A DNA stretch of 39,550 bases from Cytophagales bacterium (GCA_038230415.1 JBBRNH010000052.1:1-39550); one strand, 5' to 3'. Shown: positions 1-8,076, counted from the first letter of the stretch. A program made the numbers and translations. Notes: a model not told the origin generated them from the sequence alone.

Positions 1-92
1 ATACGAATTGCGTGTTTCTGGCTGGTTCTCAGCATATTTTCCAGTTCTGTGCGCTGCTCCGTGTTCAGAACAGGCGTGTTCACTCGTCCCAT
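1..92 (-). CDS. 5'-end of a gene running off the left edge; possible IS630-family/HTH transposase N-terminus
   Basis: Minus-strand ATG at 90..92. It translates to MGRVNTPVLNTEQRTELENMLRTSQKHAIR and is still open at position 1. The L-x-x-E-x-R-x-E-L-E...R pattern resembles IS630/Tc1-like transposase N-termini. An AT-rich putative promoter lies at 93..153. Confidence 0.25.
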   Translation of the reverse strand, partial: MGRVNTPVLNTEQRTELENMLRTSQKHAIR

Positions 93-153
93 GCAGGAAA
101 ATTAGGAAAATAATGGAAACTATTTTTTAGCACCTACTTAGTAGCTACAAACT

Positions 154-1053
154 TTATGATTTTGTATGATTCTTGATGAGGGGGATTCCCAAACCTTGCT
201 CCACAATCAAATCGTTTGCCTTCTCAACCACTTTAGGCATATATTGGGGATTGTTGGCAACAGTACCGTTTGCCAGTGCTGATAGTGACTTTCTAACGTT
301 TCCTAAACTTTTGCCGAAAAGTACCGATAGAACAGCCGCCTGTTTTTCGGGAGGTAGTTTATCAAACGTCCCGGTCAGGATTCCACTTTGATAGGCAAGC
401 AAAACCCTGATATTCGTACTATATCCCTCTTCCTCCAACTCTATTACTCCCTTACCCGGCTCCGGTGGTTGTGTATCTGTCGTTAGCGGGGCGGGTGAAA
501 AGTCTGAAACGTATTGCTCAATCAGTTCTTTCCATTCCCGAATGGTAAAGAAGGGGCCTTGTAAGGCGTTTCTTTCATCCTCAATATGTTTGCGCTGTGG
601 GTCTGAATAGAAGCCTACCAGTGCCGATGTGCCTACATTTTCATCAACACCGTATGTGGCCTTTATTTCCCTTTCAAGGCCATTGAGGTGGTCTAACAGG
701 CTCTCCAACGTAGTCAGAGCCGGAATCAGAAATTGCTGTATCTCTCTTTTTAACGTTGTGGTGTACTGATTTCTGGTGTTTATGTCAGCATAGCGTAAGT
801 AGTTGTTTCTCACCTCAATACGCAACCCATTCAATACCATCTGGCAGAATGGTTTATCAAATAAATCGGGCGAACCACTACGGATGCAGTCACCAATAGC
901 GGAGGGGTCACAAAAGGCCGAAAAAGGCAAATTCAACGTAGCGTTACAGGCCGTTTTAGTCGCTAAGTCCAAGTATTCACTGACGTACTTAGCATCTGGT
1001 CTTCTGGTTGGCATCGGGTCAATCGTGACAACCGTCATTTTTGGGTCGTTCAT
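154..1053 (-). CDS. hypothetical protein (island cargo, no recognisable motif)
   Basis: 299-aa ORF with normal codon usage. It is co-oriented with the integrase and TA genes upstream of it. I recognise no domain. Confidence 0.5.
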   Translation of the reverse strand: MNDPKMTVVTIDPMPTRRPDAKYVSEYLDLATKTACNATLNLPFSAFCDPSAIGDCIRSGSPDLFDKPFCQMVLNGLRIEVRNNYLRYADINTRNQYTTTLKREIQQFLIPALTTLESLLDHLNGLEREIKATYGVDENVGTSALVGFYSDPQRKHIEDERNALQGPFFTIREWKELIEQYVSDFSPAPLTTDTQPPEPGKGVIELEEEGYSTNIRVLLAYQSGILTGTFDKLPPEKQAAVLSVLFGKSLGNVRKSLSALANGTVANNPQYMPKVVEKANDLIVEQGLGIPLIKNHTKS

Positions 1054-1155
1054 TGGGCTATTTTGGTTTGGTCAGGTACTCGTTTGCTCGACTCCTCCCG
1101 GTGGTTTGCGGGGTCACAATCAGTCTTAGATGCTAAGTTTTGCTAAGTTCTGTGA

Positions 1156-1252
1156 GGTTTTACCGTCCTCTCTTCCGTTTTCTTGTGTTGAGAAGCTATT
1201 GAGATACAGATTAAAATGGTGGTTTTGCCGTCCTCTCTCCCGTTTTCTTGTC
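1156..1252. repeat. two copies of a ~32-bp direct repeat (ggttttRccgtcctctctYccgttttcttgtS), 65 bp apart
   Basis: 1156..1187 and 1221..1252 are 29/32 identical. They lie upstream of the 299-aa gene and downstream of the toxin gene. A short tandem tgctaagtt x2 at 1131..1149 precedes them. Confidence 0.6.
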
Positions 1253-1300
1253 CTTTCAGGCAGCGCGGGCTACTAAATCGAGTTCGGCGTTCATGGCTGT

Positions 1301-1642
1301 TCAGGGCGCGGTCGAGCGCGGCCCGGTCAGGTAATCGGCTAACCGTTGCAGTAAGGTTTGGTGCAAGGCATCGGGTATGTAGCCAACAGCCCTATCAATA
1401 GCCGAAACAGGTATGGCTATCAAATTCGATAATCGAACGACCGACGTTACCCGTAGCCGATTATCGGCGGTTGGTTGCAGCACCTCATCAAATCCCGGTA
1501 TCGTTTGCCGTAGTTTCGAGGAAATAACACATACCAAAAAATCGCCGTAGCCCGGCAGTTCCCGCAACAGCAACACCGGGCGCGGTTTGTAGTCTCCGTC
1601 TGACTGCGGAACAGCAGCAATGGCAATATCTCCTTCCTGCAT
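1301..1642 (-). CDS. type II toxin, PemK/MazF-family mRNA interferase-like
   Basis: 113 aa. It has the N-terminal GDI motif, then RPVLLL, then a hydrophobic stretch ending ...VCVISSK. This is the PemK/MazF/Kid fold signature. It lies immediately downstream of a small partner gene, with 2 bp spacing. Confidence 0.65.
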   Translation of the reverse strand: MQEGDIAIAAVPQSDGDYKPRPVLLLRELPGYGDFLVCVISSKLRQTIPGFDEVLQPTADNRLRVTSVVRLSNLIAIPVSAIDRAVGYIPDALHQTLLQRLADYLTGPRSTAP

Positions 1643-1644
1643 CG

Positions 1645-1932
1645 TTACGGACGGTTACGGGTGATATAGGCCGGAACGTCCGAGTAATCGGGTTCGTCGT
1701 CTCCGTAGGCCCGGTTTAGGGCGGCATACGCCATAGATTGCCATTCGGCGCGTTCTTCCTCAATGGTGGCGGCAAATTCGTAGTCGGCGGGTTGGCCGGT
1801 TTGCTGTTTTATCAAGGCCAACAGCGTATTCACCAACGGGCTAACGGTGGGGTCGAGGTGGTCAAGATCAATAGTCAGTGTCAGCCCCCGGTAGGGTACG
1901 TTGGGCGTGTTGATAATGGTTATTCCGGTCAT
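1645..1932 (-). CDS. putative antitoxin partner of the PemK-like toxin (non-canonical, acidic C-terminus)
   Basis: 95-aa ORF directly upstream of the toxin, in the typical antitoxin-toxin order. It has an acidic C-terminal tail (GDDEPDYSD). There is no obvious MazE/AbrB or RHH motif. Confidence 0.45.
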   Translation of the reverse strand: MTGITIINTPNVPYRGLTLTIDLDHLDPTVSPLVNTLLALIKQQTGQPADYEFAATIEEERAEWQSMAYAALNRAYGDDEPDYSDVPAYITRNRP

Positions 1933-1994
1933 GGTCTTGGGGTTGGTTCTGTTTATGCGGCTAATCGTTGGTTCAACTGATTTTAGTCTCTGTC

Positions 1995-3377
1995 TTACGC
2001 GGCCTTGTGAAGTGGCCGTACTACGGTATGTAGCGGGTTGGTGGCTCCCGTTCCGCCAAAGTGGGGATGGTTGAGAAGTAAGAGCGCGTTTTGTTCCGAG
2101 GTGATTTTGATGTACTTCATAAACACGGTAGCCGATTTATGCCCGGTAATCTTCATAATGGATTCGGGGGCTACTCCCGCCAGAAATGCGTTTGTCGCAA
2201 ACGAACGGCGGGCGGTGTGCGTCGTAACCATCTCCCATTTTTCGAGCGTCCTTATCTCGCGTAAACCGCCTTTGGTGCGGCCCGTCTCTACCTGTTCGGT
2301 AAATCCGGCGTGTTGACAAAGTTCTTTAACGTACCTGTTCATGCGTTGATTGGTCATTGAACGGGGCGGCACACCGTCATACTTTTTGAGGATTGCCAGC
2401 ACGTTGTGGTTGAGCGGAATTGACACGCGGCTCCCGGTCTTTTGGGTCTTGCGGGTTAATATCTGACCGCCGTGCGTGATGTTGGCGGGGCGCAACTCCG
2501 AAAAGTCCGAGAACCGCAATCCGGTGTAACACCCAATCAGAAACACGTCCCGCACCCGGTCAAGACGCAGATCGCGGGATAGGTCGAGGTGTGCCAGTGT
2601 TTGCAGTTCGTCCGAGGTCAGATAAATGTTATCCACTTCTTCAACCAACCGTTTAAAGTCACGGTGCATAAAAACAGGGTTCGTATGCAGTTCTTCGCCG
2701 TGCGATTGTTTGAGGAGTTGTTTGAGGTCTTTGAGCAACGCCCCGATATAGTTGATGGTTAGCCCCCGGTTTGTCAGGTACGATTTGAGGGCGTGGTACT
2801 CCCCGATTGTCCAATCGGCGTAATCAATACCCCGGCGTGTTTCGGTCTGGTATCGCTCCAACGCCCGCAGCAGTTTGGCAAAACTCTTGATGGTAATCGG
2901 GGCGAAACACTGACTTTTTGCGTTCAACCGTTTTCCGGTGGTGGCATCCTCAACAAACCGGGCAATGTATTCGGGGAACGTTTCGGTTTTGGGGGTAAGG
3001 GTTGGTTTTTCTTTCCTGCGAACGTCGGCACGGTCGCGGCCTAACTCATTATCGAGGTGCTGTTTGATAGTTTCATTCTCCAACGGGATTCCGGCAAGTT
3101 GCAGGGTATTAAGAATCTTGGAGAGGGCCGAACGGTGGCGTTCGAGGTGGGTATTTGTGGTTTCGTTGGTTTCGCGCTCCCGTTTGTTTTTGATAACCTT
3201 CGGGTCGGTCGTAACCCGTTGGCGGGTGGCATCCCATTGAAAGGGTTCAACGGTTTGCCCGGTCGAATATTTAAACCGCGTCGAGTCGTAGCGATAAATC
3301 AGGTAAACGAGGGTCGGGCCGGTGGCGCGGGCATCTTTGAGGATGAATTTAAAATCCCGGTCTGATATGGTTTTCAT
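1995..3377 (-). CDS. int: tyrosine-type site-specific integrase/recombinase (large Bacteroidota-style phage integrase)
   Basis: 460 aa. The C-terminal catalytic region reads ...HTARRSFATNAFLAGVAPESIMKITGHKSATVFMKYIKI..., consistent with the R...H-x-x-R...Y motifs. Its start is 184 bp from the 3' end of tRNA-Cys. Confidence 0.85.
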   Translation of the reverse strand: MKTISDRDFKFILKDARATGPTLVYLIYRYDSTRFKYSTGQTVEPFQWDATRQRVTTDPKVIKNKRERETNETTNTHLERHRSALSKILNTLQLAGIPLENETIKQHLDNELGRDRADVRRKEKPTLTPKTETFPEYIARFVEDATTGKRLNAKSQCFAPITIKSFAKLLRALERYQTETRRGIDYADWTIGEYHALKSYLTNRGLTINYIGALLKDLKQLLKQSHGEELHTNPVFMHRDFKRLVEEVDNIYLTSDELQTLAHLDLSRDLRLDRVRDVFLIGCYTGLRFSDFSELRPANITHGGQILTRKTQKTGSRVSIPLNHNVLAILKKYDGVPPRSMTNQRMNRYVKELCQHAGFTEQVETGRTKGGLREIRTLEKWEMVTTHTARRSFATNAFLAGVAPESIMKITGHKSATVFMKYIKITSEQNALLLLNHPHFGGTGATNPLHTVVRPLHKAA

Positions 3378-3426
3378 TGCCTTTTTGGTTTGGTCAGACC
3401 AAAGTTACAAACAATACCGATACGAG

Positions 3427-3450
3427 GGGACGGAATAGGGGACGGAATTA
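3427..3450. repeat. tandem 12-mer ggggacggaatW x2 between the integrase start and tRNA-Cys
   Basis: Direct reading of the sequence. Possible recombinase/arm-type or regulatory site. Confidence 0.4.
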
Positions 3451-3490
3451 CTTGATTTTACTTTATTTCTTTCGATAAAGTAGCGACAAC

Positions 3491-3530
3491 AAAAAACCGC
3501 TAACTCGTTGATAGTTAGCGGTTTTTGCTA
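3491..3530. terminator. bidirectional rho-independent terminator (9-bp stem ccgctaact/agttagcgg, loop cgttgat, flanked by an A-run and a T-run)
   Basis: The hairpin has T-tracts on both strands. On the minus strand it immediately follows the tRNA-Cys 3' end. Confidence 0.65.
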
Positions 3531-3560
3531 TTTTTCTTACCAAACTAAGGGGGTAAGTTG

Positions 3561-3631
3561 AGGTTTCGAGCGGATTCGAACCGCTGTAGCAGCTTTTGCA
3601 GAGCTGAGCCTAGCCACTCGGCCACGAAACC
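3561..3631 (-). tRNA. tRNA-Cys (anticodon GCA)
   Basis: Reverse complement: GGTTTCG-TG-GCCGAGTGGCTAGGC-T-CAGCT-CTGCAAA-AGCTG-CTAC-AGCGG-TTCGAAT-CCGCT-CGAAACC-T. The 7-bp acceptor stem, D-arm, anticodon loop with GCA, and GGTTCGAAT T-loop fold cleanly. The discriminator is U73, typical of tRNA-Cys. No CCA is encoded. Confidence 0.85.
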
Positions 3632-3760
3632 AGTTGATTCTGACGTTTCAATAAACGTGCCAAAACCGTTCCACAAAAGTAGCAGAAAACCGTTGGCTTT
3701 CGGCATACAGACCAAAAAAAGCCTCGAATCGTGAAATTCAGGGCTTTTACTGGTAATGCA

Positions 3761-3832
3761 TTTGTCATTCCGACGCAAGGAGGAATCCATCTGCTTGGCA
3801 ACATAGATTCCTCCTTGCGTCGGAATGACAAA
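3761..3832. repeat. perfect 27-bp inverted repeat (tttgtcattccgacgcaaggaggaatc / gattcctccttgcgtcggaatgacaaa) with an 18-nt loop
   Basis: Arms 3761..3787 and 3806..3832 are exact reverse complements. The element lies 24 bp downstream of the rpsA stop and is a REP/terminator-like element. A weaker hairpin plus T-run at about 3710..3750 also lies on the minus strand. Confidence 0.8.
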
Positions 3833-3855
3833 CAATCTTCACAATGAACAATCGC

Positions 3856-5640
3856 TTAGTTATTGCTCTCCATCTGCTCTTTCAACGCGGCCAGCGCATC
3901 GAGGTCGCCGAGGGTGGCACCGCGCTCCGGTTGATTTGAGGAAGCCGCAGCCGCTTTGGGCGCAGCCACTTTCTTTTCCTTCACCGGCTCGTTTTTATCC
4001 TGCCACGTTTTGCTGTGCGAAAGCATAATCCGCTTCTCATCTTTGGAGAACTCGGTCACTTTGAAATCGAGCGTTTCGCCCACTTCGCCGAAGGTTCCGT
4101 CCTCTTTCGTCAGATTTTTCAGCGTCGAGAAGCCTTCAATACCGTAAGGCAGTTCGAGCGTTGCCACTTTTTCGCCTTTGGTCAGAACCGTACAACGGTG
4201 AATCGTGCCGGGGCCGAAAACGTCCTCGAAGGTATCCCAGGGGTTTTCTTCGAGTTGCTTGTGGCCCAGAGCCAACCGGCGGTTTTCTACGTCGAGTTCC
4301 AGCACCACCACATCCATCTTCTCACCCACTTTGGTGAAATCTGACGGGTGTTTCACCTTCTTCGTCCACGACAGGTCAGACACGTGTACGAGTCCGTCAA
4401 TGCCTTCTTCGAGTTCGAGGAAAAGACCGAAGTTGGTCAGGTTACGCACCACACCCGAATGTTTGGTGCCGATAGCGTATTTCTCGCGCAGTTCGGGGCG
4501 CGTCCAGGGGTCTTCGGCAAGTTGCTTCACACCGAGCGACATTTTGCGGTCGTTGCGGTCAAGCGTCAGTACCATCGCGTCAATTTCGTCGCCCACTTTC
4601 AGGAACTCCTGCGGGTTACGGAGGTGCTGCGACCACGACATTTCTGATACGTGAATCAGCCCTTCTACGCCCGGCATGATTTCGAGGAACGCGCCGTAAT
4701 CGGCTACGTTCACAATCTTGCCTTTCACCCGCGAGCCAACCTGAATATCCTGCGAAAGAGCTTCCCACGGATGCGGCATCAACTGCTTCATACCGAGTGA
4801 GATACGTTTTTTCTCGCCGTCGAAATCCAGCACCACCACGTTCACGCGCTGATCGAGCGTGAGCACTTCGGATGGGTGACTGATGCGGCCCCACGAAATA
4901 TCGGTGATATGCAACAGCCCGTCAACGCCACCGAGGTCAATAAACACGCCGAAGTTGGTCATGTTCTTGATGATACCTTCCAGCACCTGCCCTTTTTCGA
5001 GGTTGTTCAGGATGAGGGTACGCTGCGCTTCGAGGTCTTTCTCGATCAGGACTTTGTGCGAGACAACCACGTTGTCGTTGGCATAATTGATCTTGACCAC
5101 TTTCACCTCCATTTTCTTGCCCACAAACACGTCGAAGTCCCGAATGGGCTTCACGTCAATTTGTGAACCCGGCAGGAAGGCTTCGATACTGTGAATATCA
5201 ACGATCAGGCCACCTTTGGTCCGGCGTTTCACAAAACCTTCGATCACGAGGTCTTCGTCGAGTGCCTTCTGAATCCGCTGCCAGGCCGTAATTACTTTTG
5301 CTTTCTTGCGCGAGAGAACCAACTGCCCATTCGGGTCTTCCTGGTTTTCGATATAGACTTCTACCTCATCGCCCATTTTCAGGTCGGGCAGGTCCCGGAA
5401 TTCAGATGATGGCACGATACCGTCTGATTTGAATCCGATGTTGAGGATAATTTCGCGGTCTGTAATCCCTACAACCACGCCCGTTACTACTTCTTTTTCG
5501 CCAACCTGCGACAGTGTGTCGTCGTAGAGTTGTTCCATCCGGCTGCGCTCGTCGGTCGAGTAGCCGTAGCCAAATCCTTTGTTGTCGGCCCGATCCCAAT
5601 CAAATTCGGGCATTACATCGCTTTGTTGCGTTTTGCTCAT
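3856..5640 (-). CDS. rpsA: 30S ribosomal protein S1
   Basis: Multiple tandem S1 RNA-binding domains with repeated ...G-x-V...GLLHISE.. motifs. The likely true start is the internal MSKTQQSDVMPEFDWD, with its ATG at 5638..5640. The ORF-track start at 5850 is an upstream extension. Confidence 0.93.
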   Translation of the reverse strand: MSKTQQSDVMPEFDWDRADNKGFGYGYSTDERSRMEQLYDDTLSQVGEKEVVTGVVVGITDREIILNIGFKSDGIVPSSEFRDLPDLKMGDEVEVYIENQEDPNGQLVLSRKKAKVITAWQRIQKALDEDLVIEGFVKRRTKGGLIVDIHSIEAFLPGSQIDVKPIRDFDVFVGKKMEVKVVKINYANDNVVVSHKVLIEKDLEAQRTLILNNLEKGQVLEGIIKNMTNFGVFIDLGGVDGLLHITDISWGRISHPSEVLTLDQRVNVVVLDFDGEKKRISLGMKQLMPHPWEALSQDIQVGSRVKGKIVNVADYGAFLEIMPGVEGLIHVSEMSWSQHLRNPQEFLKVGDEIDAMVLTLDRNDRKMSLGVKQLAEDPWTRPELREKYAIGTKHSGVVRNLTNFGLFLELEEGIDGLVHVSDLSWTKKVKHPSDFTKVGEKMDVVVLELDVENRRLALGHKQLEENPWDTFEDVFGPGTIHRCTVLTKGEKVATLELPYGIEGFSTLKNLTKEDGTFGEVGETLDFKVTEFSKDEKRIMLSHSKTWQDKNEPVKEKKVAAPKAAAASSNQPERGATLGDLDALAALKEQMESNN

Positions 5641-5725
5641 AAAAAAAGTTTCCTGACCCACTCCGTACATCGGCGCGTGGGTCAAGGGCGCACCGAAATT
5701 TGTGTAACATTTTGAAAATGGATTG

Positions 5726-5733
5726 CAAAGGTA
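5726..5733 (-). promoter_or_regulatory. candidate Bacteroidota-type -7 element (TACCTTTG = TAnnTTTG) about 90 nt upstream of the rpsA ATG
   Basis: Motif match on the minus strand. The long 5' leader is consistent with an autoregulated rpsA. Confidence 0.25.
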
Positions 5734-5859
5734 CGCAAACTTTTCAGGCAAAAAGTGGCTGATTGTCAAAAAGAAAGGGCCGACAATCACCGGCTTATCC
5801 ATCTCCTGATGAACCCGCCCGTGCCTGTCGGCCCTACCCGTGTATGTCAATGCACGGTT

Positions 5860-6375
5860 CTAATCGAATGCTTTTTCCCGTTTGGCTAAAAACGGCACCC
5901 AGCTTTGCTCCAACGCCCCCGAAAACTCGCGCAGAAACACCAGAAACGACGGTTTGAAGGGCCGTTGCCGGAGTTTGATGCCAGCCTCTTCGGGCGTGAA
6001 GTCACCTTTGCGGGCGTTGCAGCGTTTGCAGGCCGTGGCGAGGTTGTCCCAACTGGTTTTGCCCCCGCGTGATTTTGGCATCACGTGGTCGAGCGTGAGG
6101 TCTTCGGCAGTGCCGCAGTATTGGCACCGATGACCGTCGCGCTTGAAGATATTCTGCCGGGTAAGCATTACGCCCTTGTAGGGCAGGCTCACGTAGCGAT
6201 GAAGCCGGATAACGGTGGGCATCGGATAGTCGTTAGAGACAGTCCGAAGCCGAACGCCTTCCGACTCAGCCACGAGTTCGGCCTTATCGAGATAAACTAA
6301 CAAAAACGCTTTCGGAACGGAGCAGATGCTCAACGCACTATAATCTTGATTCAAGACTAAGACTTTCCTGCCCAT
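5860..6375 (-). CDS. HNH endonuclease family protein
   Basis: HNH signature: CQYCG...LTLDHVMPKSRGGKTSWDNLATACKRCNARK, with Cys pairs flanking H-N-H. It is co-oriented between smpB and rpsA. Confidence 0.8.
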   Translation of the reverse strand: MGRKVLVLNQDYSALSICSVPKAFLLVYLDKAELVAESEGVRLRTVSNDYPMPTVIRLHRYVSLPYKGVMLTRQNIFKRDGHRCQYCGTAEDLTLDHVMPKSRGGKTSWDNLATACKRCNARKGDFTPEEAGIKLRQRPFKPSFLVFLREFSGALEQSWVPFLAKREKAFD

Positions 6376-6454
6376 ATACGGTTAAAAATCCTCTGTTTGG
6401 TAGCAAGTTACACACGCCCGCGCAATTCAGCAAGTTTGTGGTTTTTGCGCCTAT

Positions 6455-6919
6455 TTACTCCGTGCTGCCGCGTTGCATTTCCCGCGTAGCATCGCGGTCT
6501 TTGATGCTGTCTCGCTTGTCGTAGAGTTTCTTGCCTTTTGCCAGCGCAATGTCGAGTTTGGCAAAGCCGCGTTCATTGGTGAAGAGCCGGACGGGAATGA
6601 TGGTCAGCCCCTGATCTTTGAGCTTTTCAGACAGTTTGCGGAGTTCGCGCTTGGTGAGGAGCAGTTTGCGGTCGCGGAGGGGGTCATGGTTGTTGTAGGT
6701 GCCTTCGGTGTAGGCCGAGATGCTCATCTGCCGCACAAACAGTTCGTCGTTTAGAAACAGGCAGTAGGCATCCTGCAAATTCACTTTCCCCTGCCGGATA
6801 GACTTGATTTCGGTGCCACTCAGGGCAATGCCGGCGGTGTAGGTTTCGAGAAAGGCGTACTCAAACGAGGCCCGGCGGTTGCGAATATCAACCTGCTTAA
6901 CAATGGTGGCTGTAGCCAT
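6455..6919 (-). CDS. smpB: SsrA-binding protein SmpB
   Basis: 154 aa. Conserved blocks IAQNRRA-like [19 protein letters not shown] and [11 protein letters not shown], plus a basic C-terminal tail. Confidence 0.93.
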   Translation of the reverse strand: MATATIVKQVDIRNRRASFEYAFLETYTAGIALSGTEIKSIRQGKVNLQDAYCLFLNDELFVRQMSISAYTEGTYNNHDPLRDRKLLLTKRELRKLSEKLKDQGLTIIPVRLFTNERGFAKLDIALAKGKKLYDKRDSIKDRDATREMQRGSTE

Positions 6920-7059
6920 ACAAATACCGGCTGGGGCTAAATTACCCGGCGCGTTGGCGGTAAACGAAAAAAAGATGCGGGTAGTTTGTTACTTCCGATA
7001 AAGTTCTCCTTCCTAATAGCAGAAAAAAAGCCGCCCCGACGGGCCGGTAATTTTGCGTC

Positions 7060-7335
7060 AGTCACAGCCTCAAGACCTTCACTTAAAAACCAGTTCCGCC
7101 GGAGCGATGTAAACCCGGCTCGTTATTCACAGAAACGGATTGCTGATTTTTTAGCAAAAAGTATGCCCAACCCACGCCAACGTAGAGAAAGCAGGGGAAA
7201 TGACCCAAAAAAGTGGGTAAACCGAGTAATTCATTAAGCACGACAGGAACAGGGTAATCTTACAGATGAAGCCGCAATATTCGTACCAACACAACGAGAC
7301 GACTCAGATCGAGTCGTCTCGTTGTGTTTTGGAGT
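7060..7335 (+). ncRNA. candidate small RNA (unknown family) ending at a strong intrinsic terminator
   Basis: A TAATTTTG (-7-like) motif lies at 7048..7055. A perfect 18-bp hairpin at 7288..7328 is followed by gttttggagtttt. There is no convincing ORF; the only one is 83 aa, basic and low-complexity, at 6986..7237. I found no tmRNA, RNase P or SRP signatures. Confidence 0.2.
7288..7335 (+). terminator. rho-independent terminator (18-bp perfect stem aacacaacgagacgactc / gagtcgtctcgttgtgtt, loop agatc, then T-rich tail)
   Basis: Direct reading. The T-run is on the plus strand only. Confidence 0.6.
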
Positions 7336-7349
7336 TTTATATCGCTTCA

Positions 7350-7462
7350 TTACCACCCCCAACCCCCTCCTAAAACAGGAGGGGGCTTTCAAAAACCCTT
7401 TGGCTTTTTGCTCCGAAGGCGTAGCCCCCTCCTGTTTTAGGAGGGGGTTGGGGTGGTAGTAA
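7350..7462. repeat. complex ~110-bp palindromic intergenic element (family copy A): C5/G5 hairpins flanking a ccttYgg...ccgaagg core
   Basis: ttaccacccccaaccccctcctaaaacaggagggggc ... gccccctcctgttttaggagggggttggggtggtagtaa. Compare with 13211..13317. Confidence 0.75.
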
Positions 7463-7470
7463 ATCTTAAC

Positions 7471-8076
7471 TTATTTCTTGGCAGGAACGGCCTGTTTTTC
7501 TTTGTACTCTTTGTTCAGCCCGTCTAAAATCTGCCGGGTGGCATCGTTCGACTGATCGGCGAAGAGGATACCCCCGCCTTTGGTGTAGCCCAGCACAAAC
7601 TCGTATTTGTTCTGCTTGTTGTATTTTTTGATGTAGTCACCAATCCGATCATACAGGTCGCCCATGGCTTTTTGTTGCTCACCGGCCAGCCGTTGCGTTG
7701 ATTGGTCGCGGTATTGCACCAGCGATTGCTGCTCCTGTTGCAGCGATGCCTCGGCGGCCCGGCCCTGCTCCTGCGTCATGGTCTGGGCGCGTTGCTGAAA
7801 ATACGTGGCTTTGTTTTGCAGGTTGCGCCCTTTTGATTCCAGGTCGTTCTGCAACTGAAACTGCTTGCTTTCCAACACTTTCTGCGTGTCTTTAAAGAAC
7901 TCGTATTTGGTCAGCAGCGAATCTACGTTCACGTAGGCAATCGGTTTTTTGGGGGCTTCGGCTTTTGTTACCACAGCAACAGTGGGTTCGGGCCGGTGAT
8001 CTTTCCAGTACAGAAAATATAGAATAGCTACGGCAATCGTCAGTACGACGTTGAAAATCAGGGAAGCGTTTTTCAC
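7471..8076 (-). CDS. OmpH/Skp-family periplasmic chaperone
   Basis: 201 aa. It has an N-terminal signal/TM segment. A Q/E/K-rich coiled-coil body and its size are typical of Bacteroidota OmpH. Confidence 0.65.
   Translation of the reverse strand: MKNASLIFNVVLTIAVAILYFLYWKDHRPEPTVAVVTKAEAPKKPIAYVNVDSLLTKYEFFKDTQKVLESKQFQLQNDLESKGRNLQNKATYFQQRAQTMTQEQGRAAEASLQQEQQSLVQYRDQSTQRLAGEQQKAMGDLYDRIGDYIKKYNKQNKYEFVLGYTKGGGILFADQSNDATRQILDGLNKEYKEKQAVPAKK

Noticed and set aside
3545-3835. 96-aa and 73-aa minus-strand ORFs overlapping tRNA-Cys and the 27-bp palindrome
   Set aside because: They overlap a well-folded tRNA gene and a perfect palindrome and have no coding features. They are artefacts of the ORF caller.
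5641-5850. N-terminal 70-aa extension of rpsA in the ORF track
   Set aside because: The canonical S1 N-terminus MSKTQQSD… begins at the internal ATG at 5638..5640 and is preceded by an A-rich leader. The upstream extension is non-conserved and low-complexity.
6986-7237. 83-aa plus-strand ORF in the smpB-OmpH gap
   Set aside because: It is a basic, low-complexity translation (PRRAGNFASV…RQRRESRGND) with no start context. The region is more likely non-coding RNA or a spacer.
6920-7340. tmRNA (ssrA) expected near smpB
   Set aside because: Neither strand has a tRNA-like 3' domain (GGTTCGANTCC…CCA), a 5' GGGG acceptor pairing, or a tag-peptide ORF ending in ALAA-stop. A different, unknown sRNA candidate is reported instead.
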